In this document: positions 38,421-48,053 of the stretch, piece by piece
Layout of the letters: the number at the start of each line of letters is the position of its first letter
Position numbering within the stretch: position 1 is the stretch's first letter
IMG/VR virus record: IMGVR_UViG_3300037261_000044
Coordinates: 31,228-95,227 of that record
From: a virus
DNA length: 64,000 bases
Strand: one strand, 5' to 3'
The notes under the pieces: model-generated
Told to the model about the DNA's origin: nothing
The model's database searches: none
The model's input: the letters and a program-made list of their open reading frames with translations, nothing else
Made by a program: the position numbers and the translations under genes

Positions 38421-38633
38421 TTACTTCACCTTCCTGACGCGCGGCGCGCCGCTGTTGCGTGTACTCTTGCTCGCGGTGCCGGATGCCCGCGTGCTGCTGT
38501 GACTCGATGGCGACGTGCGATGTACGCCCGTCGTGGTGCTGGTGTGATGCATGTGCGACTTCGCGATATGCCCACCGCCGAACGCCACGCCCGCCACAAT
38601 TGCCAGCTTCGCTACGTGGTGATGGAATGCCAT
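38421..38633 (-). CDS. small His/Ser-rich protein with a hydrophobic segment
   Basis: GAGG RBS; tight packing. Confidence 0.55.
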   Translation of the reverse strand: MAFHHHVAKLAIVAGVAFGGGHIAKSHMHHTSTTTGVHRTSPSSHSSTRASGTASKSTRNSGAPRVRKVK

Positions 38634-38635
38634 GG

Positions 38636-38926
38636 TTACTCGTCCTCCCCTAACCCGAGGTCTACGCCTGAGTCCTCGTAGTCGCTCTGGTCTAGGAACT
38701 GCTCAAGGTGCAGGCCATCGACAATGGCCGATGCTGTGAGCGTGCGCCCGTTCGGCATCAGTATCTCGTTGCCGCCGTGTCCACAGTCAACATCCTCGAT
38801 GGCAGTCTCGGCAACGCCCATGAAGTCCAGCGACACGGGCGGGAAGTGGTTCGACTGAAGGTGCCACTTCAGCGCCACGCTTCGGTCGGCAATCTCAAGC
38901 ATGCCGGTCAGTGCTGTGCTACCCAT
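38636..38926 (-). CDS. hypothetical protein
   Basis: LKWHLQSNHFPPV...IVDGLHLEQF. Confidence 0.7.
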   Translation of the reverse strand: MGSTALTGMLEIADRSVALKWHLQSNHFPPVSLDFMGVAETAIEDVDCGHGGNEILMPNGRTLTASAIVDGLHLEQFLDQSDYEDSGVDLGLGEDE

Positions 38927-38930
38927 GATG

Positions 38931-39077
38931 TCACGCCCTTTCATACCCGTCGAACCAACCCTTACCGGTTGTGTTCGGGTCGTTGCACCACGCTTGCGCC
39001 TGTTCGAGCGTCAAGCCGGTGCGTATAATCTGCTTCCGTCCGCGCATGCGATAGCGCACGATGTTGTACAGCGTCAT
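38931..39077 (-). CDS. 48-aa phage protein missed by the ORF track
   Basis: MTLYNIVRY...TGLTLEQAQAWCNDPNT...WFDGYERA; ATGA-coupled. Confidence 0.7.
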   Translation of the reverse strand: MTLYNIVRYRMRGRKQIIRTGLTLEQAQAWCNDPNTTGKGWFDGYERA

Positions 39078-39364
39078 GCCGTCACCTTCAGCGCCGGGTC
39101 GAATGGCTCTGCCTGTTCGCTCAGGTTGCGCGCTCTCTGAAGCGCGACCTCGATGTAGCGGTGGAACTTCTGGCCGTCGAACTTCTCCGAGTCTGCCGTG
39201 AAGCGCCCGACGAACGCGCCGCGCACCAGATTGATGCCGAGCGTGACGCTGCGGCTCTCGGCTTCGGTGCGGAGTACGCCGGTCGTGACTGCCGGGTGCT
39301 GATACGCTTCGACCAGCGCATCGGCAACCGCGATGTAGTGTTTCTGCGTGAACGTGCGTGCCAT
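39074..39364 (-). CDS. hypothetical protein
   Basis: FTQKHYIAVADAL...FTADSEKFD..KF; AGGAG RBS. Confidence 0.7.
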   Translation of the reverse strand: MARTFTQKHYIAVADALVEAYQHPAVTTGVLRTEAESRSVTLGINLVRGAFVGRFTADSEKFDGQKFHRYIEVALQRARNLSEQAEPFDPALKVTA

Positions 39365-39445
39365 CGGATGATTCTCCTGACTAAGTTCATGTGCCGTCAT
39401 GTCAGGCACAAGCGCACGCCCTACGCTAGGGCGCGCGTCTGTGTC

Positions 39446-39694
39446 TCACGGTGTGCCGCACCGGGTGGTACAGTCGAAGCGTACGTGCACCGGGCAGAGC
39501 GTGCGCGCTTCGACATCGAAGAACACGCGCGCCGGGTGCGTGTGGCGCTCGTAGAACATGTGCGTATGTTTCACCACGCCATCGCCGAACGGGTGCTCGT
39601 GCTCAAGGTGGTACACGGCACACACCGCGTGCGCTCCGGCGCTGCGGTCATGGCAGTGGCAGAGCGGGCAAGCGTTTAGGTCTATCTTCATCAC
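39446..39694 (-). CDS. His/Cys-rich small protein
   Basis: GGAG RBS; many His. Confidence 0.55.
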   Translation of the reverse strand: MMKIDLNACPLCHCHDRSAGAHAVCAVYHLEHEHPFGDGVVKHTHMFYERHTHPARVFFDVEARTLCPVHVRFDCTTRCGTP

Positions 39695-39875
39695 TCGACT
39701 CCGATGCGGATTGGGAACCCGTCGCCACGGATTCGTTGCTGGTACGGATAGGCGGGCAAGGTGACAGTTAGGCGCGTGTCGTCTTTGATTGTCACGAACG
39801 TGACGGCCTCGCCGTTAGCCTGCGTTAGCGCCTTGCTGAGCCATTCGAATGTCTCGTTGGTGACAGGGACTCGCA

Positions 39876-40430
39876 TCACTCCCACCTTTCGCCGTTGAAG
39901 AACGCCACCACGGCGCGCTTCGCTACCCGCCTGAATGCGAGGTAGCCGAAGAACACGTCGCTATCTTCCGGCCAATACTCCGACGAGTAGCCGACTCCGC
40001 GATTGTTGTCCTCGCTCTTGCTCAGGATGAACGGTGCCGCCAGCTTGCGATAGTCGCCGTCGATGTCGCACGCGGCCTCTGCCGATTCGATAGCTTCGTC
40101 GTACTCAAGTTCCGACATCACTTCGTCATCGACTACCGGGTAGTCTTCGAGGTCGTTGAGAATCTGTTTCACGATGTCGATTGCATCCTGCCGTGCCGGG
40201 TCGATGAGAATCCACCCGCCATACACGCCGGACAACGGGCCTCTGAAGTCCTCGACCTCGAACGAATCCTCAGGCAACGCCCGTTGAATCGCAATGAAGT
40301 TCGACCGGCGCACGATGTCGGACACGTTCGCCGATGTGTATGCCACCAACCAGTCGTTACGCTCGCCGAAGTAGGCGAAGTCGCGGGTGGTGCGTTCGTA
40401 TTCGGCCATGCTGCGGAGCGTCGTGCTCAT
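39876..40430 (-). CDS. hypothetical phage protein
   Basis: RSNF...LEDYPVVDDEVMSELE; GGAGG RBS. Confidence 0.75.
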   Translation of the reverse strand: MSTTLRSMAEYERTTRDFAYFGERNDWLVAYTSANVSDIVRRSNFIAIQRALPEDSFEVEDFRGPLSGVYGGWILIDPARQDAIDIVKQILNDLEDYPVVDDEVMSELEYDEAIESAEAACDIDGDYRKLAAPFILSKSEDNNRGVGYSSEYWPEDSDVFFGYLAFRRVAKRAVVAFFNGERWE

Positions 40431-40594
40431 AACGTCGCCCTCCACTGTGCTAACCGCGACAGCTTCTCAAAGTAGTGTCGGCACGCGGCGAGTGCTTCTG
40501 GTGTCGCATGCGTGCGGCAGATAGGGCAGTAGCCCTCAGAAGATAGCCACGAACTGCCGCAAGACGGACATTCGACCGTGTTCGAATTGCTCAT
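40427..40594 (-). CDS. Zn-ribbon protein
   Basis: CPSCG...CPIC; GGAGG RBS. Confidence 0.6.
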   Translation of the reverse strand: MSNSNTVECPSCGSSWLSSEGYCPICRTHATPEALAACRHYFEKLSRLAQWRATL

Positions 40595-40878
40595 GATGCG
40601 CCCTCCTGTTGACGCCGGACTGCGGCCTGTTGCGTCGCCGATGAGGGTACGCAACCGATGCGCGCCGGGAGGTCGTTGTACTTCTCGCGGCTGATGCGGA
40701 TGCACACTGAGCACCGCCGGTCGTAGCCGTTGAAGATTGCCCATTGCGCGTACCGCTCCGGGCCTGCGTGATAGAGCACGGTTGGCGCTTGGTTCGCCGC
40801 AACCGTGATGCCGCACTCCGTCCGGCGCGTAGTGTCGCCGTCGTGCGGGTTCACCGGGATATGCGTGTTGCCTGCCAT
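40591..40878 (-). CDS. first gene of the leftward early operon, hypothetical
   Basis: GGAGG RBS; TECG...CSVC. Confidence 0.7.
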   Translation of the reverse strand: MAGNTHIPVNPHDGDTTRRTECGITVAANQAPTVLYHAGPERYAQWAIFNGYDRRCSVCIRISREKYNDLPARIGCVPSSATQQAAVRRQQEGAS

Positions 40879-40906
40879 TGGTTGATACCTCCGACTAGAT
40901 TCTGTT

Positions 40907-41001
40907 CGCCCATGTCAGCACTCGCCCTCAACCTCAGGTCGCCGCTTGTCCCGCCGGGACTGGACTAGGTGTGCTTACTTGCGCGAGTGCTGACATGGGC
41001 G
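40907..41001 (-). ncRNA. long hairpin D, perfect 19-bp stem with a 57-nt loop
   Basis: CGCCCATGTCAGCACTCGC / GCGAGTGCTGACATGGGCG. Confidence 0.7.
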
Positions 41002-41009
41002 GGTGAACG

Positions 41010-41620
41010 TCAACGAACGCCTAACGCGCCGTGGCTTTATTGTCCGTGAATCGTGCCGGGTCATATCCGCGAAGGGTTGCCCGTGCCAACACAAACGAAG
41101 CGCCTAACCGGCGCATAGCTACCATCGGAACGCGCCATGCATCCGTCGTTGCTCACCTACTCATGTCCGCCTAGTTACACTCCCGCTTAGCGAATCCTCC
41201 TGAATCCTACAGCGCCGCAACGGGTCGTATAGAGTCGCTGAGCTACGCACAACTAGGTACACGTAGCAGAGGAATCCCCCGCCGGTCGTTTCGCGCTTCA
41301 AGGGTGTGTGTGCTTCGAAGTTCGCTCTACAAGCGCCGGGGTTCGTGGGCTACGGTGCGCGGGGTACCTGTTATCACCGATGCCGGAAGCATCGCAGCGG
41401 GTCAGGTGCGCATCAGGTTTCGACCGGCGCTTAGGTGTCGCTTAGGTTTCGCCATGAGGCTATCGCCACGGGGGAGCAGGCACGCATCCTAGCGCTTCAC
41501 CCTGCTAATCACACTCCCCACCCCGCTCGCGTCCCGGTTAGAGCCGAGTCTGCGGATTGGTTTCGCGCCCCGATTGCCAGCGTTCGGGGGGATTCTCATC
41601 TGGCGTCACGTGTTACAACA
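41010..41620 (-). ncRNA. putative large structured non-coding RNA / leader
   Basis: No credible ORF; nested helices; four CGAAAC motifs on the minus strand. Confidence 0.55.
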
Positions 41621-41744
41621 CAATCATCGGGCGTACGTTTCAAGCCTGAAGGGGTCAGGGCAGTTTCTTTCAAAGATTGTTGCTCGACAACGAGCCTTCG
41701 TATCTGGGAGAGGCCAAAACACGCGCAACAGGTAGCACAATCGA

Positions 41745-42095
41745 CCCGGCGCGCCACCCTCACGCCCAATCCCTACGCACCCGGCGCGCGCCACCCCGCC
41801 CGCCTGTCAACCTAACGACAGGCGACGCCCGCAACCATCCGGCCCATGCATCCGAAACACTAGCCAGCACCGCCACCAAACGACCACTCCCGCCCATGCA
41901 CCCCGCGTTACCCTGACAATCACTCCCGCCGGTACACTCACGACCGCACCCAACACACCACCCCGCCACGCCACCGCTAACGCATACTCGCGACGTTCAC
42001 GCCCTCATCACGCCACCCCTACGCACCCTCACGCCACCCTCACGCCACCATGCGCCCGGTACCCACCCATGCACCGCACCTCTGCCACCGTACGC
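41745..42095. repeat. C/A-skewed degenerate CACGCCACCCT repeats
   Basis: Strong strand asymmetry; repeated CGCCACC units. Confidence 0.65.
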
Positions 42096-42584
42096 GCGGC
42101 GACGGAAGCCAGCGACGGAAGCGCCGACAGGCGCGCCCGGAGTCTGAGCTAGCCACCGCGTTGGGAGTCGCGCCCGCAGCGCCAATCCGCCACGACTCGC
42201 GACGCACGACTCCCAGCGGCCATGATGACGCGCGTTCTATAGGCGCGACGGCCTCGAACTACCGCTTCCGACTCAAAGCGGCAGTAGGTGAAGCTGCGAC
42301 CGGCATACGTTGCGCTTCGAAGCTGAGCGCGGCAGGTCGGCAGCCCGTGCCACCAGCCGCCACCTACCGACAGCCCGGTAGGTGGCAGAGGTTCGGCGGT
42401 GCGCCCGCGCCCGCCCTGCCAACTTTGTATCATGCCACGGCGCTAACGCCTCCCAAAATGGCAGCATATACCGGCTCAACACTCAGACCGGGTTGACCTT
42501 AGCGCCCTGAGTTCTCGCCCTCGACTCGGGATGGGGGACATCCGGGAGCCGCAAAATCCCCGGAAAATTGCGCGTACCCCTCGG

Positions 42585-42671
42585 CGTCGCGACCCACGTT
42601 ACCCTGCCCGTCGCGACCGCGTTACCTTAGCGTCGCGACCGGGGTCGTGCGTCGTGGTACCCGTCGCGACC
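42585..42671. repeat. four CGTCGCGACC repeats
   Basis: At 42585, 42609, 42631, 42662, each preceded by TACC. Confidence 0.85.
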
Positions 42672-42685
42672 GCTGTAGCTTCGGG

Positions 42686-42715
42686 TTGCGGTACTCAGTG
42701 CGGGCACGGTATGAT
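42686..42715 (+). promoter_or_regulatory. sigmaA-type promoter
   Basis: TTGCGG-18-TATGAT upstream of the rightward operon. Confidence 0.6.
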
Positions 42716-42765
42716 GGGGGTACTGGCCCGGTGTTGTTGAAACCCGGTACAAAGAAAGGAACCCC

Positions 42766-43344
42766 ATGAGTACCAGAGAAGACGCCCCGCCCGTGAGCGG
42801 AACCCCCGTTGTCGTGTCGATAGAAGGAACCGTCACCGCCTCAGTTGGCGGTAGAACCCTGAAGACCCCCTTCGCTGTCTCAGCCTCGCGCATGGCCCTC
42901 GACCAAGACACGGCACGTGCCGTGTGGCTGGCTATCAGCGAGGCGTGGCGGCGATTCTACGCGGACTTCCCGTCCACGGATTCTGAGCTACCCCCGTCGT
43001 TCGAGTTCGCCTCCCCCAAGAAGGAGCCGTACCTGCCGGACTGCCTGCACAAGTTCGATGAGCATGGCGCTCACCCGACTTTCTGCGTGCGGTGCAACGA
43101 GGACTGCAACCCCACCACCACCGGGAAAGACCGGTACCCATTCACCCGTGGCCTTGCACGAGTCATCAGTGTGTCCGACCTTGCTGATGGTGACGTGCTC
43201 GTGAAGACCGAAGGTGTCGGCGCGCGCCAGCACGTGAGCACCCACTTCAGGGTGTCAGTCGCCTCAGCACCTCACGTCGGTGACTACGTGGAGGTGCTGG
43301 TCATGCCCCACCACGACGAGTCGCTGGTCGTCGTAAGCGTCTAA
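42766..43344 (+). CDS. hypothetical protein
   Basis: AAGGA RBS. Confidence 0.7.
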   Translation: MSTREDAPPVSGTPVVVSIEGTVTASVGGRTLKTPFAVSASRMALDQDTARAVWLAISEAWRRFYADFPSTDSELPPSFEFASPKKEPYLPDCLHKFDEHGAHPTFCVRCNEDCNPTTTGKDRYPFTRGLARVISVSDLADGDVLVKTEGVGARQHVSTHFRVSVASAPHVGDYVEVLVMPHHDESLVVVSV

Positions 43345-43373
43345 CCCTCCCCTGTTCCGAGCCAGTAGCGAGC

Positions 43374-43420
43374 GCCCCTTCGGGGGCATCTTGCTTTGCC
43401 CTGTCCGGGGTCGGTATAGT
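43374..43420 (+). promoter_or_regulatory. UUCG hairpin followed by a sigmaA-type promoter
   Basis: GCCCC-TTCG-GGGGC; TTGCTT-18-TATAGT. Confidence 0.6.
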
Positions 43421-43471
43421 GGTGTAGGCCCGGAGTCAGATGGCCCGGAGCAACACGCAGGAGAAGAAGAC

Positions 43472-44086
43472 ATGAGTACCCACTATCACGACATGGGCGA
43501 CGGCCACAGCCACAAGGGCGATGAAGAAGCCCATGGTCACCTCCCCGGCGATGTCATCGCAAGCGGTCACCTCCCGCGCCCAGCGCACCCTCGCTACCTA
43601 GCCGAGGCTCCGGTGAACCCGGAGCACAACCACGCTGCCCGTGAGACCTCATTCGACATCGCGACGGACACGGACAAGACGCGCCTCGTCTACCGTCCTA
43701 CCCTCTGCGATGCCTGTGCGGCACTCGACCTCGACCCGAACCGCGAGGTGCAGAAGTTCCGGGAGGGTGGGAGCGAAGACCCGGACTGGATGGAGAACGG
43801 TGGCATCGAGAACGCCCACAAGAGCGCCATCGAGGAACTGCGCGCGACGGTCGATGCGATAGACCCGCCGCTCGATGTCGTGTTCGACCACGTGCCGCTC
43901 TTCGTGTTCAGCGCGGTCAGGGGCAGCGCGGAGGTCACGTTCATCAAGGCGCGCACGCAGGGCGATGTTGACCTGACGGCGGAACTCCACTTCCCGACGC
44001 TGACGCCGGGGAAGTTCCCGGTCGGCTCCATCGTCGCGATGCGGCTGACGCTCGTCGGCACGCCTGTGGAAGAGGCGGTGTCATGA
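43472..44086 (+). CDS. hypothetical protein with His-rich N-terminus
   Basis: AGGAG RBS. Confidence 0.75.
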   Translation: MSTHYHDMGDGHSHKGDEEAHGHLPGDVIASGHLPRPAHPRYLAEAPVNPEHNHAARETSFDIATDTDKTRLVYRPTLCDACAALDLDPNREVQKFREGGSEDPDWMENGGIENAHKSAIEELRATVDAIDPPLDVVFDHVPLFVFSAVRGSAEVTFIKARTQGDVDLTAELHFPTLTPGKFPVGSIVAMRLTLVGTPVEEAVS

Positions 44087-44322
44087 GTACACCCGCGCAA
44101 GACCTTTGCTTCAACATCACCGGTCACTGCTGGTACGACCGCCCGTCATGGCGAACCATCAGCATGTCACAATCGCTGGACAGTCCCGGTCAGCGTGAGT
44201 GCCGTCACTGTCACTACAGGGAGCGGGAACTTATCGTCCGCTCTTGGGTCGAGATGGTGCCGGTGCCGGAGGACACGATACGGATGGAAGGTGGGCCGGG
44301 GCCGGGGTACGGTACGACATGA
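44083..44322 (+). CDS. hypothetical protein
   Basis: C...GHCW...RECRHC; coupled. Confidence 0.6.
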   Translation: MSTPAQDLCFNITGHCWYDRPSWRTISMSQSLDSPGQRECRHCHYRERELIVRSWVEMVPVPEDTIRMEGGPGPGYGTT

Positions 44323-44618
44323 GCAAGCCTGCGACCATCGCCAACTCGGACATCGTGGGTGCATGGGCAGCAAACATGAGCCGCGCTATCGCCCATCGTC
44401 TCGAACTCGATGTCAAGGCTCTGGAAGGGCCAAAGCCCGGTCAGGTATGGTGCCAGATCAAGGGTGAGAAGATAGGCCGTCGCGCTCTTGTCACGCAGGT
44501 CGTACCGCCGACACAACCTGATTCCTTCGTGCGTTTGTATCTTGGGAGCACGATGCGGCAGACACGTCTTCAGTATCGGCGGTTCATCAAGGCGTGGCAG
44601 TTGGAGGTCGAGGCATGA
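44319..44618 (+). CDS. hypothetical protein
   Basis: ATGA coupling; PKPGQVW. Confidence 0.6.
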   Translation: MSKPATIANSDIVGAWAANMSRAIAHRLELDVKALEGPKPGQVWCQIKGEKIGRRALVTQVVPPTQPDSFVRLYLGSTMRQTRLQYRRFIKAWQLEVEA

Positions 44619-44852
44619 TAGACAAGTGCATCGGCATCTGCCTGCTCGCGCTCGTTATCTTCGTGCTCATCGCTGCGGCCAACGGGGCGTTCGACCAGCC
44701 GCGCCCGACCGTGAACACAGGCGGCTGCACCGCCGGACAGTGGGCCTGCTGATGGCCTGCGTGTGGTGTGGCGACAAGAAGGCGGCGGCGCTGTGCGCCG
44801 TGTGCCAGAAGAAGGTGCGGTCAATACCGCTGTCTTCGGGGAACAAAATGTG

Positions 44853-45296
44853 ATGAAGAAGAAGAAGGCCACCGACAAAGAATTGTTGGCGCGCTGCCTG
44901 CGCATCACGACCGACATGGCCGCGTTCATGGGCATCACGCCGCAGTGGAGCATCTGTGTGATGCTCAGCGCGCTGACACGCGACGGCGGTGAAGCGAACT
45001 CGGCGGCGTCAGTCCAGTGGCCGGTGCTTTACAAGCAGGCCACCATTTTCTTCGACCGGGAGATTGTGCGCACGTCCACCGACTCTGAACTGCTCGCCAT
45101 CGTCATCCATGAATTGGTGCACATCCTGTACGCCCCTGTCGAGGACATGCTGCGTGAAGAGATAGGCCGCAACTCGTACGTCAGGATGCGGCTCACCGAC
45201 ATTCAGGAGAACGTGTGCGACTCCATCGCGCACATCATCCTCAAGGCGCTGGGCGAGGGCCGACCTCCTACCTACTCTCGGGACAAAGCGCCATGA
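44853..45296 (+). CDS. HExxH zincin-like protein
   Basis: IVIHELVH...QENVCDSIA. Confidence 0.75.
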   Translation: MKKKKATDKELLARCLRITTDMAAFMGITPQWSICVMLSALTRDGGEANSAASVQWPVLYKQATIFFDREIVRTSTDSELLAIVIHELVHILYAPVEDMLREEIGRNSYVRMRLTDIQENVCDSIAHIILKALGEGRPPTYSRDKAP

Positions 45297-45898
45297 CGAG
45301 GTTCACGACGCCGGAGGTACAGCGCTACGCCAAACTCTTCCAGAGCATCATCTGGGCAGGAGAACTGAAATGTCCACCACTACCGGAAGGCTACAAGTCA
45401 CACCCGCCGAGCCGACTGACCCGCCTTCGATGGTGGTTCGAATCACACCGCCCGTACCTGCACTTCGGCCCGTGCAGGAGTTGGGACGACGACCCGTGGG
45501 AGTGACCGACAACTCGGCGTCACCAATGGAGCAACTTCGCGAAGCCATCCGCCTGAGCAACGCCCGGTTGGAGAACCCGGAGCGCTACGTGCTGATGCGC
45601 ATGCAGTGGGCGCGCTTCGCGATTGAGGGTGGCTGCAAAGAGGACATGGCGACTCTCGTTGAAGCCGGTAAGCACAGTGACCGCTGCCGGGGCATTCGAC
45701 CTCCGTCTCTGTTCGCCCGGTTGCGTGCCCGGTGGACGTAGACGAACTCATTGAGCCGCGCTTCGGTACCTGCCCTTGCGGACGGCGCGGTGAGTGGTTA
45801 GTATGGAACAAGGCTGTACGCATCGGGACGTTCTCGTGCGACGGCCACCTGAAGTTCGTGAAGAAGCGGTACGGCGGCGGGCCGGTGGAGAAGGTGTG

Positions 45899-46174
45899 AT
45901 GGTGTCGAGTTTGCAGCTATTGAAGGATGCCCTGATGGACGACCAGAAGGTTGCCGGGAAGTGGGGCAAAGCTGTAAGTCCACGGGCCATGGAGCACTAC
46001 CTTGCAAGCCTTATCGACATCCTCATTGACCGCGACAACGAGAACATCGTGTTCCGGTGCGTTAGCGGTGACGCCATCTGCGGCGGCTGCGGTGCTCCGT
46101 ACAAGGCGCACGGTGCTGACGATGAGTTCCCGTTCTTCACGCGCGCGTGCCTTGGGCAGTTGGTGAAGCTGTGA
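45899..46174 (+). CDS. hypothetical protein
   Basis: RCVSGDAICGGCG...H...C.G.LVKL. Confidence 0.6.
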   Translation: MVSSLQLLKDALMDDQKVAGKWGKAVSPRAMEHYLASLIDILIDRDNENIVFRCVSGDAICGGCGAPYKAHGADDEFPFFTRACLGQLVKL

Positions 46175-46403
46175 TTCAGGACTACTACAGAACGCTTCTG
46201 TCTGCCGCTGCGCTGGCACGTAACTGTGGCCCCGGTCACAAGACGGCGATACTGACGCACCCTAGTGGTGGATTGACGCTGATGCACGGTGACCATCGCC
46301 GAGAGGTTCCGGCGCATGCCCTTGAGTCGGAGGTGTCGGTGGTAACGGCGGTGAACGACTTCATCGAGATAGTTCACGCCTACGACGAGGATGAGGATGA
46401 GCG

Positions 46404-46679
46404 ATGATAGTTGTTAACGTAGACCTCGACAGTGCCAACGGGCCTCAGTATGATGAGCACCTCTACACCGTGGTCATCGCCAACGACGGCACGGCAGGCG
46501 ACGGCACGCCGCGCTCCCGCAGAGGCAACTACGACGTGTGGCTTGGCCGCAAAGGAGAACGCAATCCTCAGGTCATCATGCTGCACCCGCAGCGTGTTGG
46601 CCGCGTCGAAGGTCACGCCCGGAAGAACACGCACGCCGGGACACTCATCCGCAAGGCGCTACAGTCGGTGAAACTGTGA
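46404..46679 (+). CDS. hypothetical phage protein
   Basis: IANDGT...GNYDV; GAGG RBS. Confidence 0.7.
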   Translation: MIVVNVDLDSANGPQYDEHLYTVVIANDGTAGDGTPRSRRGNYDVWLGRKGERNPQVIMLHPQRVGRVEGHARKNTHAGTLIRKALQSVKL

Positions 46680-47042
46680 GCAATCAAGTAGGTGACATGG
46701 ACGAGATAGACATCGCGCTCGCTGCCAAGCAGGCCGCAGGCGAAGCCCCGGCGCTCATCACACGCGAGCAGCGCCAGCACATCCGGTACTGGGACTTCTT
46801 CATTCACGACCTCGACATGCGGGAGAAGCTGTACCAAGGTCGCCTTGCAGCATCTACGCATCCCGTGGTAAGCTAGACCCAGAAAGAGAAGAAAACGTAC
46901 TTGTTTTTTTCACGAAATAGCTTCAAACTCCTGAAGAGGAAGTACAACGGATGAGTGATGGTGTTCTGATTCCGCTTATCTTTCTCGGCTACATTGTGTT
47001 CTTCCTTGCTCTCTGGTTCCTGATGGGATGGTGGCAGAACAG

Positions 47043-47495
47043 ATGAATTGGCACGTAGCTCAGTATAACGTCGTGCGGCTGGCGCACCCTATCGACTCCC
47101 CGGAGATGCAGGGGTTCATGGACTTGCTCGATCCGATACACCACGCGGGCGACGTGTCCAAAGGATTCATCTGGCGCTTCAAGGGTGAGAACGGGGACAA
47201 CGCGCTCGACATGCGCCCCTCCGATGGCGACGAAGGAATCCTCATCGCGATGACGGTGTGGGAGACCGCCGACGACCTTGACGCCTTCATGAAAGGCCCG
47301 CACCTCGAAGCCTTCCTGCGACGCCGGGAATGGTTCGTCAGGGGCAGCGGTGAGAACGTCTGCTGGTATGTTCGCCCCGGCGAACTGCCCACGGTGAAGG
47401 ATGGGGAGCAGCGCCTCGCGCTCCTTCAGAAGCACGGCCCGGTCAGTCCGCTGGCGTGGACACTGCGCCGCCGACAGGAGCCGCCCTGTGGCTAA
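47043..47495 (+). CDS. DUF3291 family protein (dimeric alpha-beta barrel)
   Basis: AQYNV...P...F...GFIWR...TVWE..DDL.AF...H....RRREWF...WY...P. Confidence 0.8.
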   Translation: MNWHVAQYNVVRLAHPIDSPEMQGFMDLLDPIHHAGDVSKGFIWRFKGENGDNALDMRPSDGDEGILIAMTVWETADDLDAFMKGPHLEAFLRRREWFVRGSGENVCWYVRPGELPTVKDGEQRLALLQKHGPVSPLAWTLRRRQEPPCG

Positions 47496-47717
47496 CACCG
47501 CTCTGTACTACGCGCAGCGCATTCTCCGCATGAGGGAAATCTACTCTGGTGTACCGTACACCAACATCGAACTCTGGCAGGAGTACCGGAGCATGCGTGC
47601 TACGATGAACGAGATTATCCGGGAGCAGGAAACGCAGGCGCTCTTGCAGCAACTCTTGAACATGAAGGAGTGGCAGCGTACGCTGCTGCTGGCAGAGCTA
47701 GACCCAGCGGAGGAACT

Positions 47718-48053
47718 ATGGCAGACTACATCGGTCTTGAGCTAGGCAACATCCCCGGCACCGCGCGCTGCATGGAGACCAGTCCGATGAACGGCGCACA
47801 GTGCATTCTGGAACAGGGTCACGACGGTGAGCACCGCGCTCCCGGCATCCCTGTCGATGCCGCGCCCCACGCCTGCCCAGACTGCGGCGGGCCGATGGCT
47901 GAGTTCACCGTAGACGCCCCGAGTGAAGAGATGGCGCTCCGAGTCTTCAATGCGTACTACGCCACGCTGGCGCTCCCGGACGAAGACCTTGAGGCCGTGA
48001 GGGAAGGTAAGAAGCACATCCACGTTGTGGACGGGAAGGGATGCATGGAATGA
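47718..48053 (+). CDS. hypothetical Zn-binding protein
   Basis: CILEQGHDGEH, CPDCG; GGAGG RBS. Confidence 0.65.
   Translation: MADYIGLELGNIPGTARCMETSPMNGAQCILEQGHDGEHRAPGIPVDAAPHACPDCGGPMAEFTVDAPSEEMALRVFNAYYATLALPDEDLEAVREGKKHIHVVDGKGCME

Noticed and set aside
41555-41605. Hammerhead ribozyme (CAGAUGAG...stem...CGAAAC on the minus strand)
   Set aside because: The core would need CUGANGA; stems I and III and a cleavage triplet could not be assembled
42585-42671. Mini CRISPR array
   Set aside because: Repeats are 10 bp with 12-21 bp gaps, far too short; no cas genes
40900-42760. tRNA, tmRNA or RNase P genes
   Set aside because: No cloverleaf with GTTCRA..CC and an acceptor stem, and no RNase P P4 signature
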